Notes: generated from the sequence alone by a model not told the origin. A stretch of DNA of 64,000 nucleotides from Myxococcota bacterium (GCA_030748735.1 JASMLK010000137.1:399-64398), one strand, 5' to 3'; shown: positions 25,769-34,268, counted from the first letter of the stretch. Translations and numbers: made by a program.

Positions 25769-27612
25769 TAGTCGGCGGTGTGGAGCGCTCGGTGGCCAAG
25801 CTCGCCGAGCCGCGCGATCAAGGCTTCGACCGTGTATCGCAGGCGCACGTTCTCCAGCAGGTCGCGCTCGATCTTGCGGATCGCGTTGGCGACCGAGGGA
25901 TGGTCGCGATTGAGCGCGCGACCGATGTCGGCGAGCGACGCGTCAGTGAAGCGACGACACAGGTACATCGCGATCTGACGTGGAACGAGCACGTCGCGCC
26001 GTCGCGATCGCGACGCCAGTGCTTCGGGCGAGGTCTTGAAGAAACCCGCGACCGTTTCGATCACCAGCTGTGTCGTCGCGGGTGTGCGAACGACGCGGAG
26101 CGATCGCGTACGACCTTCGAGGCTTTCGCGCGCGAGATCGAGATCGATCGAGCGCTTGAATAGCGATGCCATCGTGACGAGCTGGATCAGCGCACCTTCG
26201 AGTTCGCGGACGTTCCCCTCGACGCGGTCGGTCAGCAGATCGACGCAGTCGTCGGGAAGTCGCACACCGCCGTGGGCCGCCTTGGCACGAAGGATCTCGC
26301 GTCGCAGTCCTTCGTCGGGCGGTTCGAGTTCTGCCACGATGCCGCTCGAAATGCGCGCACGCACACGAGGGTCGAGGTGTGTGAGTTCCTGGGGGAAGCG
26401 ATCGCCGGTGAGGAGAACCCGCCCGCCCGCGTTGAGCACGTGCTGCATGGTGTGGAAGAACTCGAGCTGCGTTGCGTCCTTGCCCTCGAGGAACTGCACG
26501 TCGTCCATCACCAGCAGGTCGCATTCGCCGCGGTAGCGTCGCTTGAAGCCCTGCATCTTGTTGGCTCGTATCGCGCTGGTGAATTCGCTCGTAAAGGTTT
26601 CGGCGGTCGTGTAACGCGCTCGCGCGCCGATCGACCGTGCGCCCTCGACGACGGCCGCCCGGGCGAGATGCGTCTTGCCGAGCCCGGCACCCGAAACGAC
26701 GAACACCTGGTTGAGCCCGAGTGCCGCGCCGGCGCTCGGCGGTGAAGCAAGGGCCATCGCGGCTTCGCGCGCGAGCGCGTTGCCGGGACCGACCGTGAAG
26801 GAGTCGAAGGTGAGGGGAAAGGTGGGTTGCCGCGGGGTGATCATGGCACCCGAACCACCGCCGGCTGCCGCCACGGGGTGAACCGCCGCCGCTCGCGCGG
26901 CGACCGCACGACGCGTTCGCTCGGGCATCGCCTTCTTTCGAGCCGCCGGCTCGGGGGGCGTGGGCGTGGGCGCGGGCGTGGGCACAGGCACGGGCGTCGC
27001 TTTCACCGGAACCGACTTCGCTACGGCCGGGCACCCTTCCCGCTCTTCGCCTTCGGGCAAGCTCGCTGCTGCAGCGGCGGTGCCCGGCGCAGGCCCCGCG
27101 CCGCCCAGGATGGAACCGAGAGCGTCCCCGATCGGCAGGGTTTCAGAGCTGCGCTTTGGATCGGGCCGGGGAGCGCGGCGCTTACCGGGCGTCGGCCGCG
27201 CACCTCGCGAAGGGGCTTCCTCGACCGAGTGTGCAGCGGCTTTCCGATCATCCAGCATGGGAGCCGCTGACGAACCGGTGTCGTGGTCTGCGTCAGGCTG
27301 GTCGGCTGCGGCCTCGTCGATGACACCGACTCGAAGCGCGACACGTCGACCCAACTCGGCATGCAAGCAGTCGGCGATCTGCTTCAAGAAGAAGTCGCGC
27401 ACGCGCACTGCGTGAAACGATGACGGGCACTGAAGCTCGAAAGCCTCGTCACTCGAACTGCCACCTTCCGCGGGTTCGAGGTCACCGTCGAAGCCAACTG
27501 CGCCAGTTGGTTTCGCAACGATTTTCGAGATCCACATCTCGTAGGAGACAGGGGGGAGCTCATTTCGTAGGTGGCGCAGAACGCCATCCCAGACCTTGGG
27601 GGGGAAGGTCAT
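25768..27612 (-). CDS. dnaA: chromosomal replication initiator protein DnaA (with an unusually long Pro/Ala-rich linker)
   Basis: Walker A GAGLGKTHLARA. DnaA domain IV is present (SRSRRRDVLVPRQIAMYLCRRFT...IGRALNRDHPSVANAIRKI). 614 aa. Confidence 0.95.
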   Translation of the reverse strand: MTFPPKVWDGVLRHLRNELPPVSYEMWISKIVAKPTGAVGFDGDLEPAEGGSSSDEAFELQCPSSFHAVRVRDFFLKQIADCLHAELGRRVALRVGVIDEAAADQPDADHDTGSSAAPMLDDRKAAAHSVEEAPSRGARPTPGKRRAPRPDPKRSSETLPIGDALGSILGGAGPAPGTAAAAASLPEGEEREGCPAVAKSVPVKATPVPVPTPAPTPTPPEPAARKKAMPERTRRAVAARAAAVHPVAAAGGGSGAMITPRQPTFPLTFDSFTVGPGNALAREAAMALASPPSAGAALGLNQVFVVSGAGLGKTHLARAAVVEGARSIGARARYTTAETFTSEFTSAIRANKMQGFKRRYRGECDLLVMDDVQFLEGKDATQLEFFHTMQHVLNAGGRVLLTGDRFPQELTHLDPRVRARISSGIVAELEPPDEGLRREILRAKAAHGGVRLPDDCVDLLTDRVEGNVRELEGALIQLVTMASLFKRSIDLDLARESLEGRTRSLRVVRTPATTQLVIETVAGFFKTSPEALASRSRRRDVLVPRQIAMYLCRRFTDASLADIGRALNRDHPSVANAIRKIERDLLENVRLRYTVEALIARLGELGHRALHTAD

Positions 27613-28179
27613 GAGTCAGGATTGCCTCGGTGGCGAAGTCGTTTCGTAGGCGGCGTGGCCGGGGCGTGTTGGCTTTCTCTCTCTGCCTTTGTCTCTGCCG
27701 ATTGCGCTGGGGGCGCGTTCGACGGAGTCACGCGTCGGCTTGTCTCACTTCACACGTCACACGCTGCGTCGGAAGGGGAGGACGACCTCGCTCGCTGTTG
27801 ATTGAATCAGATCAAGATGAATCAGATGAGTGGCTGCGAATCGCTCGAGCGTGGGTCGCATTCAGTTCCCGAGCGGCGCGCAGTAAACCATGTGCGTGAC
27901 GTTTTTGCAAAGCAGAAACGCACCAATCATGTCGACCTGATTACACAGTTTCGAGTTGATAAGTCGAACGTCCCGCGGCCGCAGCACCAATGTTTGTTTC
28001 TTGGAACGTGCTGCGAATTCGAGGAGTTCCAATTCAAACTTGAGATGAGTTCGCCGATCGCGATCGCGTGTCACCCGCGCAATTCCGCCCGAAAACGGAA
28101 CTCAACGAAACGAAAAAAAACTTCGATTTCCTCGAAAATGCTCGAAAATTTGAAAACGCCGAATTCACGCTTGAATCGA
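27613..28179. other. untranslated region upstream of dnaA: dnaA promoter and candidate replication-origin/DNA-unwinding region
   Basis: No credible CDS. The window's most AT-rich stretch is at about 28095-28175 (CGAAAAAAAACTTCGATTTCCTCGAAAATGCTCGAAAATTTGAAAAC). Short direct repeats are TGAATCAGAT x2 (27803, 27818) and CTCGAAAAT x2. No perfect TTATCCACA box found. Confidence 0.4.
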
Positions 28180-28866
28180 CTACTGCAGCGTCTTCGAAGT
28201 CGCCGAACCGCGCGCGTTCAGCTCGGCGATCTTGAACTCGAGCACGGCCAGTACCCGTTCGAGTCGCGCGCGCGTGCCCGGGCATTCGAGCAAACACTGT
28301 TTATCTACCGTATCGATATCGAGAGATAGACAAACAGTGTTGACGTATACGTCGTCGGGGACGGAGTCGAAGTCTCGAGCGTGGAATGCGTCGACGTATT
28401 GCGGGGCCAACAAGCGGAGGGCGGCACCATAGCTGCGGTGGACTTCGACCCGCAAGCGATCGATCTCTTCCTGCTGTGCCGGTTGCGACACCGCTTCTTC
28501 GTCGAGCATGCGAACCCGGGCATCGCGGAAGAGACGCCCTTCGGGCTTGTCGATTTCACACTCGACTTCGAAACGCGCGATGCCTTCGAGGGCGATGTCC
28601 CAGGTACCGTCGGGCCGACGCTTGGCGCCGTCGATCAGACCGAGGCATCCGATTGGATGGATCTCGGGATCTCCCGCCATGGCCGTGCGACCCTCGGGCA
28701 GCACGGTCACCATGCCGATCACGCGCTCACCTTCGAGCGCGGCTTCGGTCATCTCGCGATAGCGCGGCTCGAAGATGTAGAGCGGCACGCGCACCGCGGG
28801 AAAGAGCGCGACGGTGGCGAGTGGAAAGAGCGGGATGGTGCGAAGGTGTTGGGCGGTTTCCGTCAC
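28180..28866 (-). CDS. LON N-terminal (substrate-binding) domain protein
   Basis: Motif IPLFPLATVALFPAVRVPLYIFEPRYREM, typical of the Lon N-terminal/PUA-like domain. No ATPase or protease domain. Confidence 0.75.
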   Translation of the reverse strand: MTETAQHLRTIPLFPLATVALFPAVRVPLYIFEPRYREMTEAALEGERVIGMVTVLPEGRTAMAGDPEIHPIGCLGLIDGAKRRPDGTWDIALEGIARFEVECEIDKPEGRLFRDARVRMLDEEAVSQPAQQEEIDRLRVEVHRSYGAALRLLAPQYVDAFHARDFDSVPDDVYVNTVCLSLDIDTVDKQCLLECPGTRARLERVLAVLEFKIAELNARGSATSKTLQ

Positions 28867-28920
28867 CGGTGAGTGCCGAGCGGCCGCGCGATGCCGGGCA
28901 ACGGGACAGCGCCGCCGGAT

Positions 28921-29121
28921 TCAGGAGCTGGCTTCGTCGTACTCTTCGAGGGTGTTGGGACCCGAGACGATCTTGACCGCGATGTCGTCACAGGCGACCG
29001 ACTTGTCGAGCAGTTCGCGAAGCAGGCCCTCGACCGTCAGCTCATCGTACTCATCGAACGCGTCCTCGAGACCGCTTTCGGTGATGCTGAATTCCACTTC
29101 GAGCTTGATCTTGACGTCCAT
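28921..29121 (-). CDS. small acidic hypothetical protein (66 aa)
   Basis: High GC3 in frame. ATG follows GAGGGGA. Same strand as the LON-domain gene and 55 nt upstream of it. Confidence 0.55.
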   Translation of the reverse strand: MDVKIKLEVEFSITESGLEDAFDEYDELTVEGLLRELLDKSVACDDIAVKIVSGPNTLEEYDEASS

Positions 29122-29533
29122 CGAGCGTTCCCCTCTGCCCTTCCTGCCTGGCTGGCCTGACTTGCTCCCGCTGGTCTCTTTCTCGCCGCTCTTCGCAATT
29201 GCTTGCGGTCATTTCCGCGCCGCACACACAAGCGACCGGTTACGATCCGCGAGGAATCGCGTAAGTACCTGAATTTAAAGCAATTTTTTGAAGCGACAGA
29301 TCATACAACACGGGCTCTGAATAGGCTACGGAATTCTCCCGCAGAATCGCGACTTTATGAGCCGGACCTGCGGTGCGGCGTTGGGTAGGGGATGAGATCG
29401 GGGGCCGCCCCCCTCGCCAGCGCGCAGGAATTGTGCGCCCGACAGGCAAGAAATCACTCAACTGCCCGGCCGGCGGCTCCGAAGAGTAAAGACAAGATCG
29501 GAGCCATCTCGGGGGGGGACAGGCTTCGATCGG

Positions 29534-29573
29534 ACGCCTCGGAATCGAAAGATTCCGAGGCGTTTCGCGTTTC
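29534..29573. terminator. 13-bp perfect hairpin immediately downstream of thiC
   Basis: ACGCCTCGGAATC-gaaa-GATTCCGAGGCGT. The T-rich tail (TTCGCGTTTC) is on the plus strand only. The hairpin starts 13 nt after the thiC stop on the minus strand. Confidence 0.6.
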
Positions 29574-29585
29574 AGGCCTCGCGTC

Positions 29586-31445
29586 TCAGGGCAGCTCGCT
29601 CGCCTCGAGTTCGGCCGCCTGTTTACGCACGGCGTGGGCTTCGTCGCGAATCGCGTGCTCCTGCATGCGCTGGGCTTCATCGCTCGGAGCCAGGTCGCTG
29701 TGACACGCGGCCCTGTCCCCTTCACCGGTTTCGCCCATTTCGAGCCGGGTCTTCGACGCCAGCCGGTGGAGTTCGCCGGGCGAAAGCACGCCGCGCTTCT
29801 GCAGGATCTCCTTCTGCGTGTCGGAAAGCGCTGCGGACACCTTCGGCTTGTCCCATGCGTATTCGACATCGCTGCCCGAGACGAAGGTCTGGATCTCCTT
29901 GCTGATCCGCACCGAGCACCAGTCGTGTCCGCACATCGCGCAGAAGTCGGTGTCGACGTCGAGATCTTCGTCGTGGAACGCGCGAGCAGTGTCGCTGTCG
30001 AAGGCCAGCTCGAAGTGCTTTTCCCAGTTGAGGGCGGCTCGCGCCCTGGTGAGGTCGTCGTCCCAGTCGCGGGTGCCGGGGATGCCGAGCGCGATGTCGG
30101 CCGCGTGCGCCGAGATGCGGTACGCGACGCAGCCCTGCTTCACGTCGTCCTTCTTGGGCAGGCCGAGGTGTTCCTTCGGCGTCACGTAGCAGAGCATCGA
30201 AGCGCCGTGGTAGGCCGCCGAAGTGGCACCGATGCAGCTCGTGATGTGGTCGTAGCCGGGGAAGACATCGGTGACGAGCGGCCCCAGCACGTAGAAGGGC
30301 GCGCCGTGGCAGAGCCTGCGCTGCGCCTTCATGTTGAATTCGATCTGATCGAAGGGGACGTGCCCGGGGCCTTCGACCATCACCTGCACGCCGTGTTGCC
30401 AGGCGCGCTCGGTGAGTTCGCCGAGCACCGAAAGCTCGCCCAGCTGTGCTTCGTCGGTCGCGTCGGCGAGCCCTCCGGGGCGAAGGCCGTCGCCGATCGA
30501 AAAGGTGACGTCGTAGCGGCGCATGACTGTGCAGATGTCATCCCACAGCGTGTACATCGGGTTCTCTTCGCCATGGTGGAGCATCCACTTGGCGAGCAGT
30601 GAGCCGCCGCGACTCACGATACCGATCAGTCGCTTGCTGACCATCGGCAGATGTTCCCGCAGTACACCCGCGTGAATCGTGAAGTAGTCGACGCCCTGGC
30701 TTGCCTGCTGTTCGAGCTGGTCGAGGATCAGCTTCTTGTCGAGGTCCTCGATCGTTCGGCCAATGATCATCGAGTAGATGGGCACGGTGCCGACCGGGAG
30801 CCGCGAGTTCTGGATGATGGCGGAGCGGGTGGCGTCGAGATCGCCGCCCGTCGACAGGTCCATCATCGTGTCGCTGCCCCACTTCTCGGCCCATTCGAGC
30901 TTTTCGACTTCGAGGTCGATCGTGCTCGCGACCGGCGAGGCGCCCATGTTGGCGTTGACCTTGGTCTTGCTCGCGCGGCCAATCGCCATGGCGTCGAGCT
31001 GGTAGCCGAGGTGCACCTTGTTGGCGGGGACCACCATGCGCCCGGCCGCGACCTCGTCGCGTACCTGCTCAGGGGTCAGGTGCGGTTCGCGTTCGCTCAC
31101 GCGCCGCATCTCGGGGGTGATCTCACCCAGGCGAGCGAACTCGAGCTGGGTGACGGGTTCGAACCCTTCGGGTGCCGACCAGCGACCGGCGGCTTCGTCG
31201 AAGGTCCAGTCGGCCGGCATGAAGTCCCAGGCGGTCTTGTCGCTCGGCTGGGGCATGCCGGGGGTGTCGGGAGAACTGAAGGTGCGCGCACCGCCGATGT
31301 CCGCCGGGTTGGCGAAGCTGCCGGGCGTGGTGCCCTCGCTCTCGCTGGAGGGGTTGCCGCCGCGCGGGGGAAGGGCGGCTTCCTGCCGCTTGCCCGTGGT
31401 CGCTTTCGCGGTGGGTCTCGACTGGTCGTGCGTAAGCGGGCACAT
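29586..31445 (-). CDS. thiC: phosphomethylpyrimidine synthase
   Basis: Conserved ThiC blocks VNANMGAS, DTMMDLSTGG, GIVSRGG and the C-terminal CAMCGHDWCS Fe-S motif. ATG 31445 follows GGGAG, and high GC3 begins there. The track start at 31490 is judged too long. Confidence 0.9.
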   Translation of the reverse strand: MCPLTHDQSRPTAKATTGKRQEAALPPRGGNPSSESEGTTPGSFANPADIGGARTFSSPDTPGMPQPSDKTAWDFMPADWTFDEAAGRWSAPEGFEPVTQLEFARLGEITPEMRRVSEREPHLTPEQVRDEVAAGRMVVPANKVHLGYQLDAMAIGRASKTKVNANMGASPVASTIDLEVEKLEWAEKWGSDTMMDLSTGGDLDATRSAIIQNSRLPVGTVPIYSMIIGRTIEDLDKKLILDQLEQQASQGVDYFTIHAGVLREHLPMVSKRLIGIVSRGGSLLAKWMLHHGEENPMYTLWDDICTVMRRYDVTFSIGDGLRPGGLADATDEAQLGELSVLGELTERAWQHGVQVMVEGPGHVPFDQIEFNMKAQRRLCHGAPFYVLGPLVTDVFPGYDHITSCIGATSAAYHGASMLCYVTPKEHLGLPKKDDVKQGCVAYRISAHAADIALGIPGTRDWDDDLTRARAALNWEKHFELAFDSDTARAFHDEDLDVDTDFCAMCGHDWCSVRISKEIQTFVSGSDVEYAWDKPKVSAALSDTQKEILQKRGVLSPGELHRLASKTRLEMGETGEGDRAACHSDLAPSDEAQRMQEHAIRDEAHAVRKQAAELEASELP

Positions 31446-31578
31446 GACAGAACTCCCGGGATGGACGCGCGTGGCGCTCGACCGTATCACGGATGCGCGC
31501 GCCTTTTCACCTCAATCACCTCGTGTTCGTGCGTACCTGGGATCGCGATTGCGCGCGAGCAGGCTACGGTTGGCCGCC

Positions 31579-32232
31579 ATGCTGAACCGGTTGCACGATC
31601 GAAGACCAGGCGGGAAGAAGACGGAGGCCCGCACCTCGTCGGCGACGACGTTGGCCTGGTGCCTGGTGCTCGTCTGCGCGACGGCGCTGGTCACTGGCTG
31701 CGACCGGGGCATCGGGCCGTACGATCCCGACGAACAGGCCTCGCAACCGAACCTCGATCGCATCTACCCCGAAGGTGCGCGTGCGGCGAAGGGCCCCGCC
31801 GCCGCCGGGCCGATGAATCCCGCGGCACCGGCAGGCCGCGGTGCACCGAGCCTCGAACCGTCGGGCGCCGGCGCGGGTGCTCCGCTCGGCGAGACGATTC
31901 GCGGCACGGTGACGATCGCGGACGAGTTCGCAGCCGGCGCGCCGCAGGGCGGCTTGCTCTTCGTGATCGCCCGCCGCCAGGGCCAGCCGAATGGCCCTCC
32001 GCTTGCAGTGGTGCGCGCGGAAAACCCGCGCTTCCCCTTCGACTTCGAGGTCGGCCAGGCGCAGGTGATGATTCCGAGCATGCGCTTCGAAGGCGAGATC
32101 GCGCTGTCCGCCCGCCTCGATGGCGACGGCAACGCGATGACGGAGCAGCCGGGTGACCTCGCGGGCGAGATCACGAACCCGCTTTCCCCCGGTTCGAGCG
32201 GCATCGATTTGACGCTCGACCAGAAGCTTTGA
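31579..32232 (+). CDS. lipoprotein, unknown function
   Basis: Lipobox LVTGC follows a hydrophobic segment (LAWCLVLVCATALVTGC). The C-terminal region (LLFVIARRQGQPNGPPLAVVR...PFDFEV) resembles the C-terminal domain seen in CcmI-type proteins. That resemblance is from memory and unverified. Confidence 0.6.
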   Translation: MLNRLHDRRPGGKKTEARTSSATTLAWCLVLVCATALVTGCDRGIGPYDPDEQASQPNLDRIYPEGARAAKGPAAAGPMNPAAPAGRGAPSLEPSGAGAGAPLGETIRGTVTIADEFAAGAPQGGLLFVIARRQGQPNGPPLAVVRAENPRFPFDFEVGQAQVMIPSMRFEGEIALSARLDGDGNAMTEQPGDLAGEITNPLSPGSSGIDLTLDQKL

Positions 32233-32266
32233 CGCGCGCCGTCGTGATGACGCAGTCTCGCGCGGT

Positions 32267-32671
32267 CTAACGCGGCGTCTCGAATTCTTCGAGCGATTCC
32301 CACTTGCCGGCGACGACCAGAGTGTCGCCTTCGCCGAGGACGTCGTCGGCGCCCGGCACCACGACTTCCTTGGCGCGGTTCGCGAGCTTTCGTGCGCGGC
32401 GTAGCAGCAGGACCTGCACGCCGGTGCGTTCGCGGATGGATCCCTTCGACAGCGACTGACACACCAGCGAACTGATGACGCAGGCCGTCATGAGTGCCGG
32501 GATGATGTCGATCGTCTGCGTCAATTCGAAGATGATGATGATCGCGCTGATGGGGGCGTGGGTGGTGGCGGCCACCAACGCACTCATCGTGACGAGCGCA
32601 TACGCACCCGAAGTCGCCGTCGCCTCGGGGAAGAAGGCATGGATGTGGGCGCGGCGGATGCTAACGCGCAA
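32267..32671 (-). pseudogene. 5'-truncated ClC chloride-channel remnant (last TM helices plus RCK_C/TrkA-C-like tail)
   Basis: The translation starts mid-domain: GAYALVTMSALVAATTHAPISAIIIIFELTQTIDIIPALMTACVI, then VVVPGADDVLGEGDTLVVAG. About 350 N-terminal residues of a normal ClC are missing. Only 27 nt separate it from the upstream gene. Confidence 0.5.
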
Positions 32672-32698
32672 CGGGAAACCGCGCGCCGCTGATTGGTT

Positions 32699-33064
32699 TC
32701 AGCGGGCTCGAGAAACGCGGTCGAGCACGGCGTCGATCACGCCGGGATGCACGCCGAGGGGGTCGCTCACGCGGATCGCGACCTCGGGATGTTCCCTCGC
32801 GATCTGCTCGACCATCCTGGGGATGTCCTCCTGCGTGTGGCGGCCGGGACCGAGAAAGTAAGGGTGCACGACGATCTCTCGCGCGCCGCTCTCGATGCAG
32901 GCGGCTACGGCCTGGGCGAGGTCGGGCTCGGCGAGTTCCATGTGGGCGCACGCGACCACGTCATCGGGGCAGCGTTGTCGGACTTCGGCCGCCACGGTTT
33001 CGAGCTGGGCGTTGGCTTCGGCGCGGCGACTGCCATGGTCGATCAGGACGATGGCCCGCTTCAC
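32699..33064 (-). CDS. cbiX: small CbiX-type sirohydrochlorin chelatase
   Basis: 121 aa. Motifs VLIDHGSRR and VVHPYFLGPGRHTQEDIP are typical of CbiX(S)/SirB. Confidence 0.75.
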   Translation of the reverse strand: MKRAIVLIDHGSRRAEANAQLETVAAEVRQRCPDDVVACAHMELAEPDLAQAVAACIESGAREIVVHPYFLGPGRHTQEDIPRMVEQIAREHPEVAIRVSDPLGVHPGVIDAVLDRVSRAR

Positions 33065-33071
33065 CGCAGCT

Positions 33072-33362
33072 TCACCAATACTGCGCCGTCACGACGAGGT
33101 TGCCCTTCACCTCGAGCTGACAGGAGAGACGCAGCTGCTCGTCGATGCGGTTCAGCCGCTTGAGGAGTGCTTCGTCCTCGGTTTCGCGGGCCAGGCTCGA
33201 TTCGCCCTCGAGGATCTCGAGCCCGCACAGCGCACACTGCTGCCCCGAGCCGCACCCAGCCGCGACCGGCAGCCCGGCCTGGCGAGTGGCGTCGAGGAGC
33301 ATCGTTCCAGCTGGGACGCTTACTTCTGTTCCCGAAGGCATGAAGCGAACCTGAAAATCCAT
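33072..33362 (-). CDS. 2Fe-2S ferredoxin
   Basis: Beta-grasp N-terminus (VRFMPSGTEVSVPAGTMLLDA). Cys cluster CGSGQQCALC plus a distal Cys (LSCQL). Confidence 0.75.
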   Translation of the reverse strand: MDFQVRFMPSGTEVSVPAGTMLLDATRQAGLPVAAGCGSGQQCALCGLEILEGESSLARETEDEALLKRLNRIDEQLRLSCQLEVKGNLVVTAQYW

Positions 33363-33482
33363 CGGGGCAGGTTATCGCGCTTGACCGGTGAATTGTCGAC
33401 CCTGTGAAACCTGGTTGACGGCGCGGGGTTGTGGCCCCTCGCCCCGGGTTTGGCGGGCAGGGGGCTTTGTTAGGCTAGCGGG

Positions 33483-34208
33483 ATGCCGACCGCGGGCTTC
33501 CTCGTCATCGGAAACGAAATTCTCTCGGGCAAGGTGGTGGACACCAACTCGCCCTTTCTCGCGAAGGAACTTCGCAAGATCGGCGTCGACCTGGAGCGGA
33601 TCCTGACGATCCCGGACGAGATCGACATCATCGCCGACGAGGTCCGCACGATGAGCGCGATCTACGACTACGTGATCACATCGGGAGGCATCGGCCCCAC
33701 CCACGACGACCTCACGATGGACGGTGTCGCCAAGGCCTTCGGCCTGCCGATGGTGCTCGACGAGGATCTCTGCAAACGCATCGAGGATGCGACGGGCGAT
33801 CACTTCAACGAGAGCATGCGCAAGATGGCGATCCTGCCCAAGGGCGCCGGGGTCCAGGAATCGGGCGACCTGTGGTTCCCGCTGATCTGCGTGAACAACG
33901 TGTACGTGCTGCCGGGGATCCCGCGGCTTTTCGAGGCGAAGTTTCCCTCGGTGGCCGAGCAGATGACGGGCATCCCAGTCCAGCTGAAGCGCGTCTATGT
34001 GAAGACGTTCGAGAGCGAGATCGCGTCGTACCTGCATGACCTGCTCGAGGACTTCGACGAGCTCATGCTGGGCTCGTACCCGCGCATGGGTGAGGAGCAC
34101 TACCGCGTATTGCTCACCCTCGAGTCGCGCGACATGGGCTATCTCGAGCGCGCCCTCGAAGCGCTCTTGTCTCGGCTGCCCGCCGAGATCGTGCACAAGG
34201 TCGAATAG
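33483..34208 (+). CDS. MoaB/Mog/CinA-type molybdopterin-binding domain protein
   Basis: Motifs IGNEILSGKVVDTNSPFLAKEL and ITSGGIGPTHDDLT. Confidence 0.75.
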   Translation: MPTAGFLVIGNEILSGKVVDTNSPFLAKELRKIGVDLERILTIPDEIDIIADEVRTMSAIYDYVITSGGIGPTHDDLTMDGVAKAFGLPMVLDEDLCKRIEDATGDHFNESMRKMAILPKGAGVQESGDLWFPLICVNNVYVLPGIPRLFEAKFPSVAEQMTGIPVQLKRVYVKTFESEIASYLHDLLEDFDELMLGSYPRMGEEHYRVLLTLESRDMGYLERALEALLSRLPAEIVHKVE

Positions 34209-34268
34209 CTGGACCCGACCGGCCATGACGCGACGGCCTGGTGGCTCGCCCACCTGCACCCGGCGTGG

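Noticed and set aside
27613-28179. Canonical DnaA boxes (TTATCCACA / TTGTCCACA) upstream of dnaA.
   Set aside because: I found no CCACA or TGTGG core on either strand in this interval. Only weak look-alikes are present (TTCACACGT, TTACACAG), so no individual DnaA boxes are called.
27802-28329. 175-aa plus-strand ORF spanning the dnaA-upstream gap.
   Set aside because: It has low GC3 and runs into the LON-domain gene on the opposite strand. The translation has no motif and no RBS. I treat the region as non-coding.
29391-29573. Possible tmRNA or other plus-strand sRNA, suggested by GGGGAUGAG and a plus-oriented hairpin with a T-tail between two minus-strand genes.
   Set aside because: The region is too short for tmRNA and has no tag reading frame, T-arm or CCA end. 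The hairpin lies 13 nt after the thiC stop and is most simply the thiC terminator. A plus-strand sRNA cannot be excluded but is not supported.
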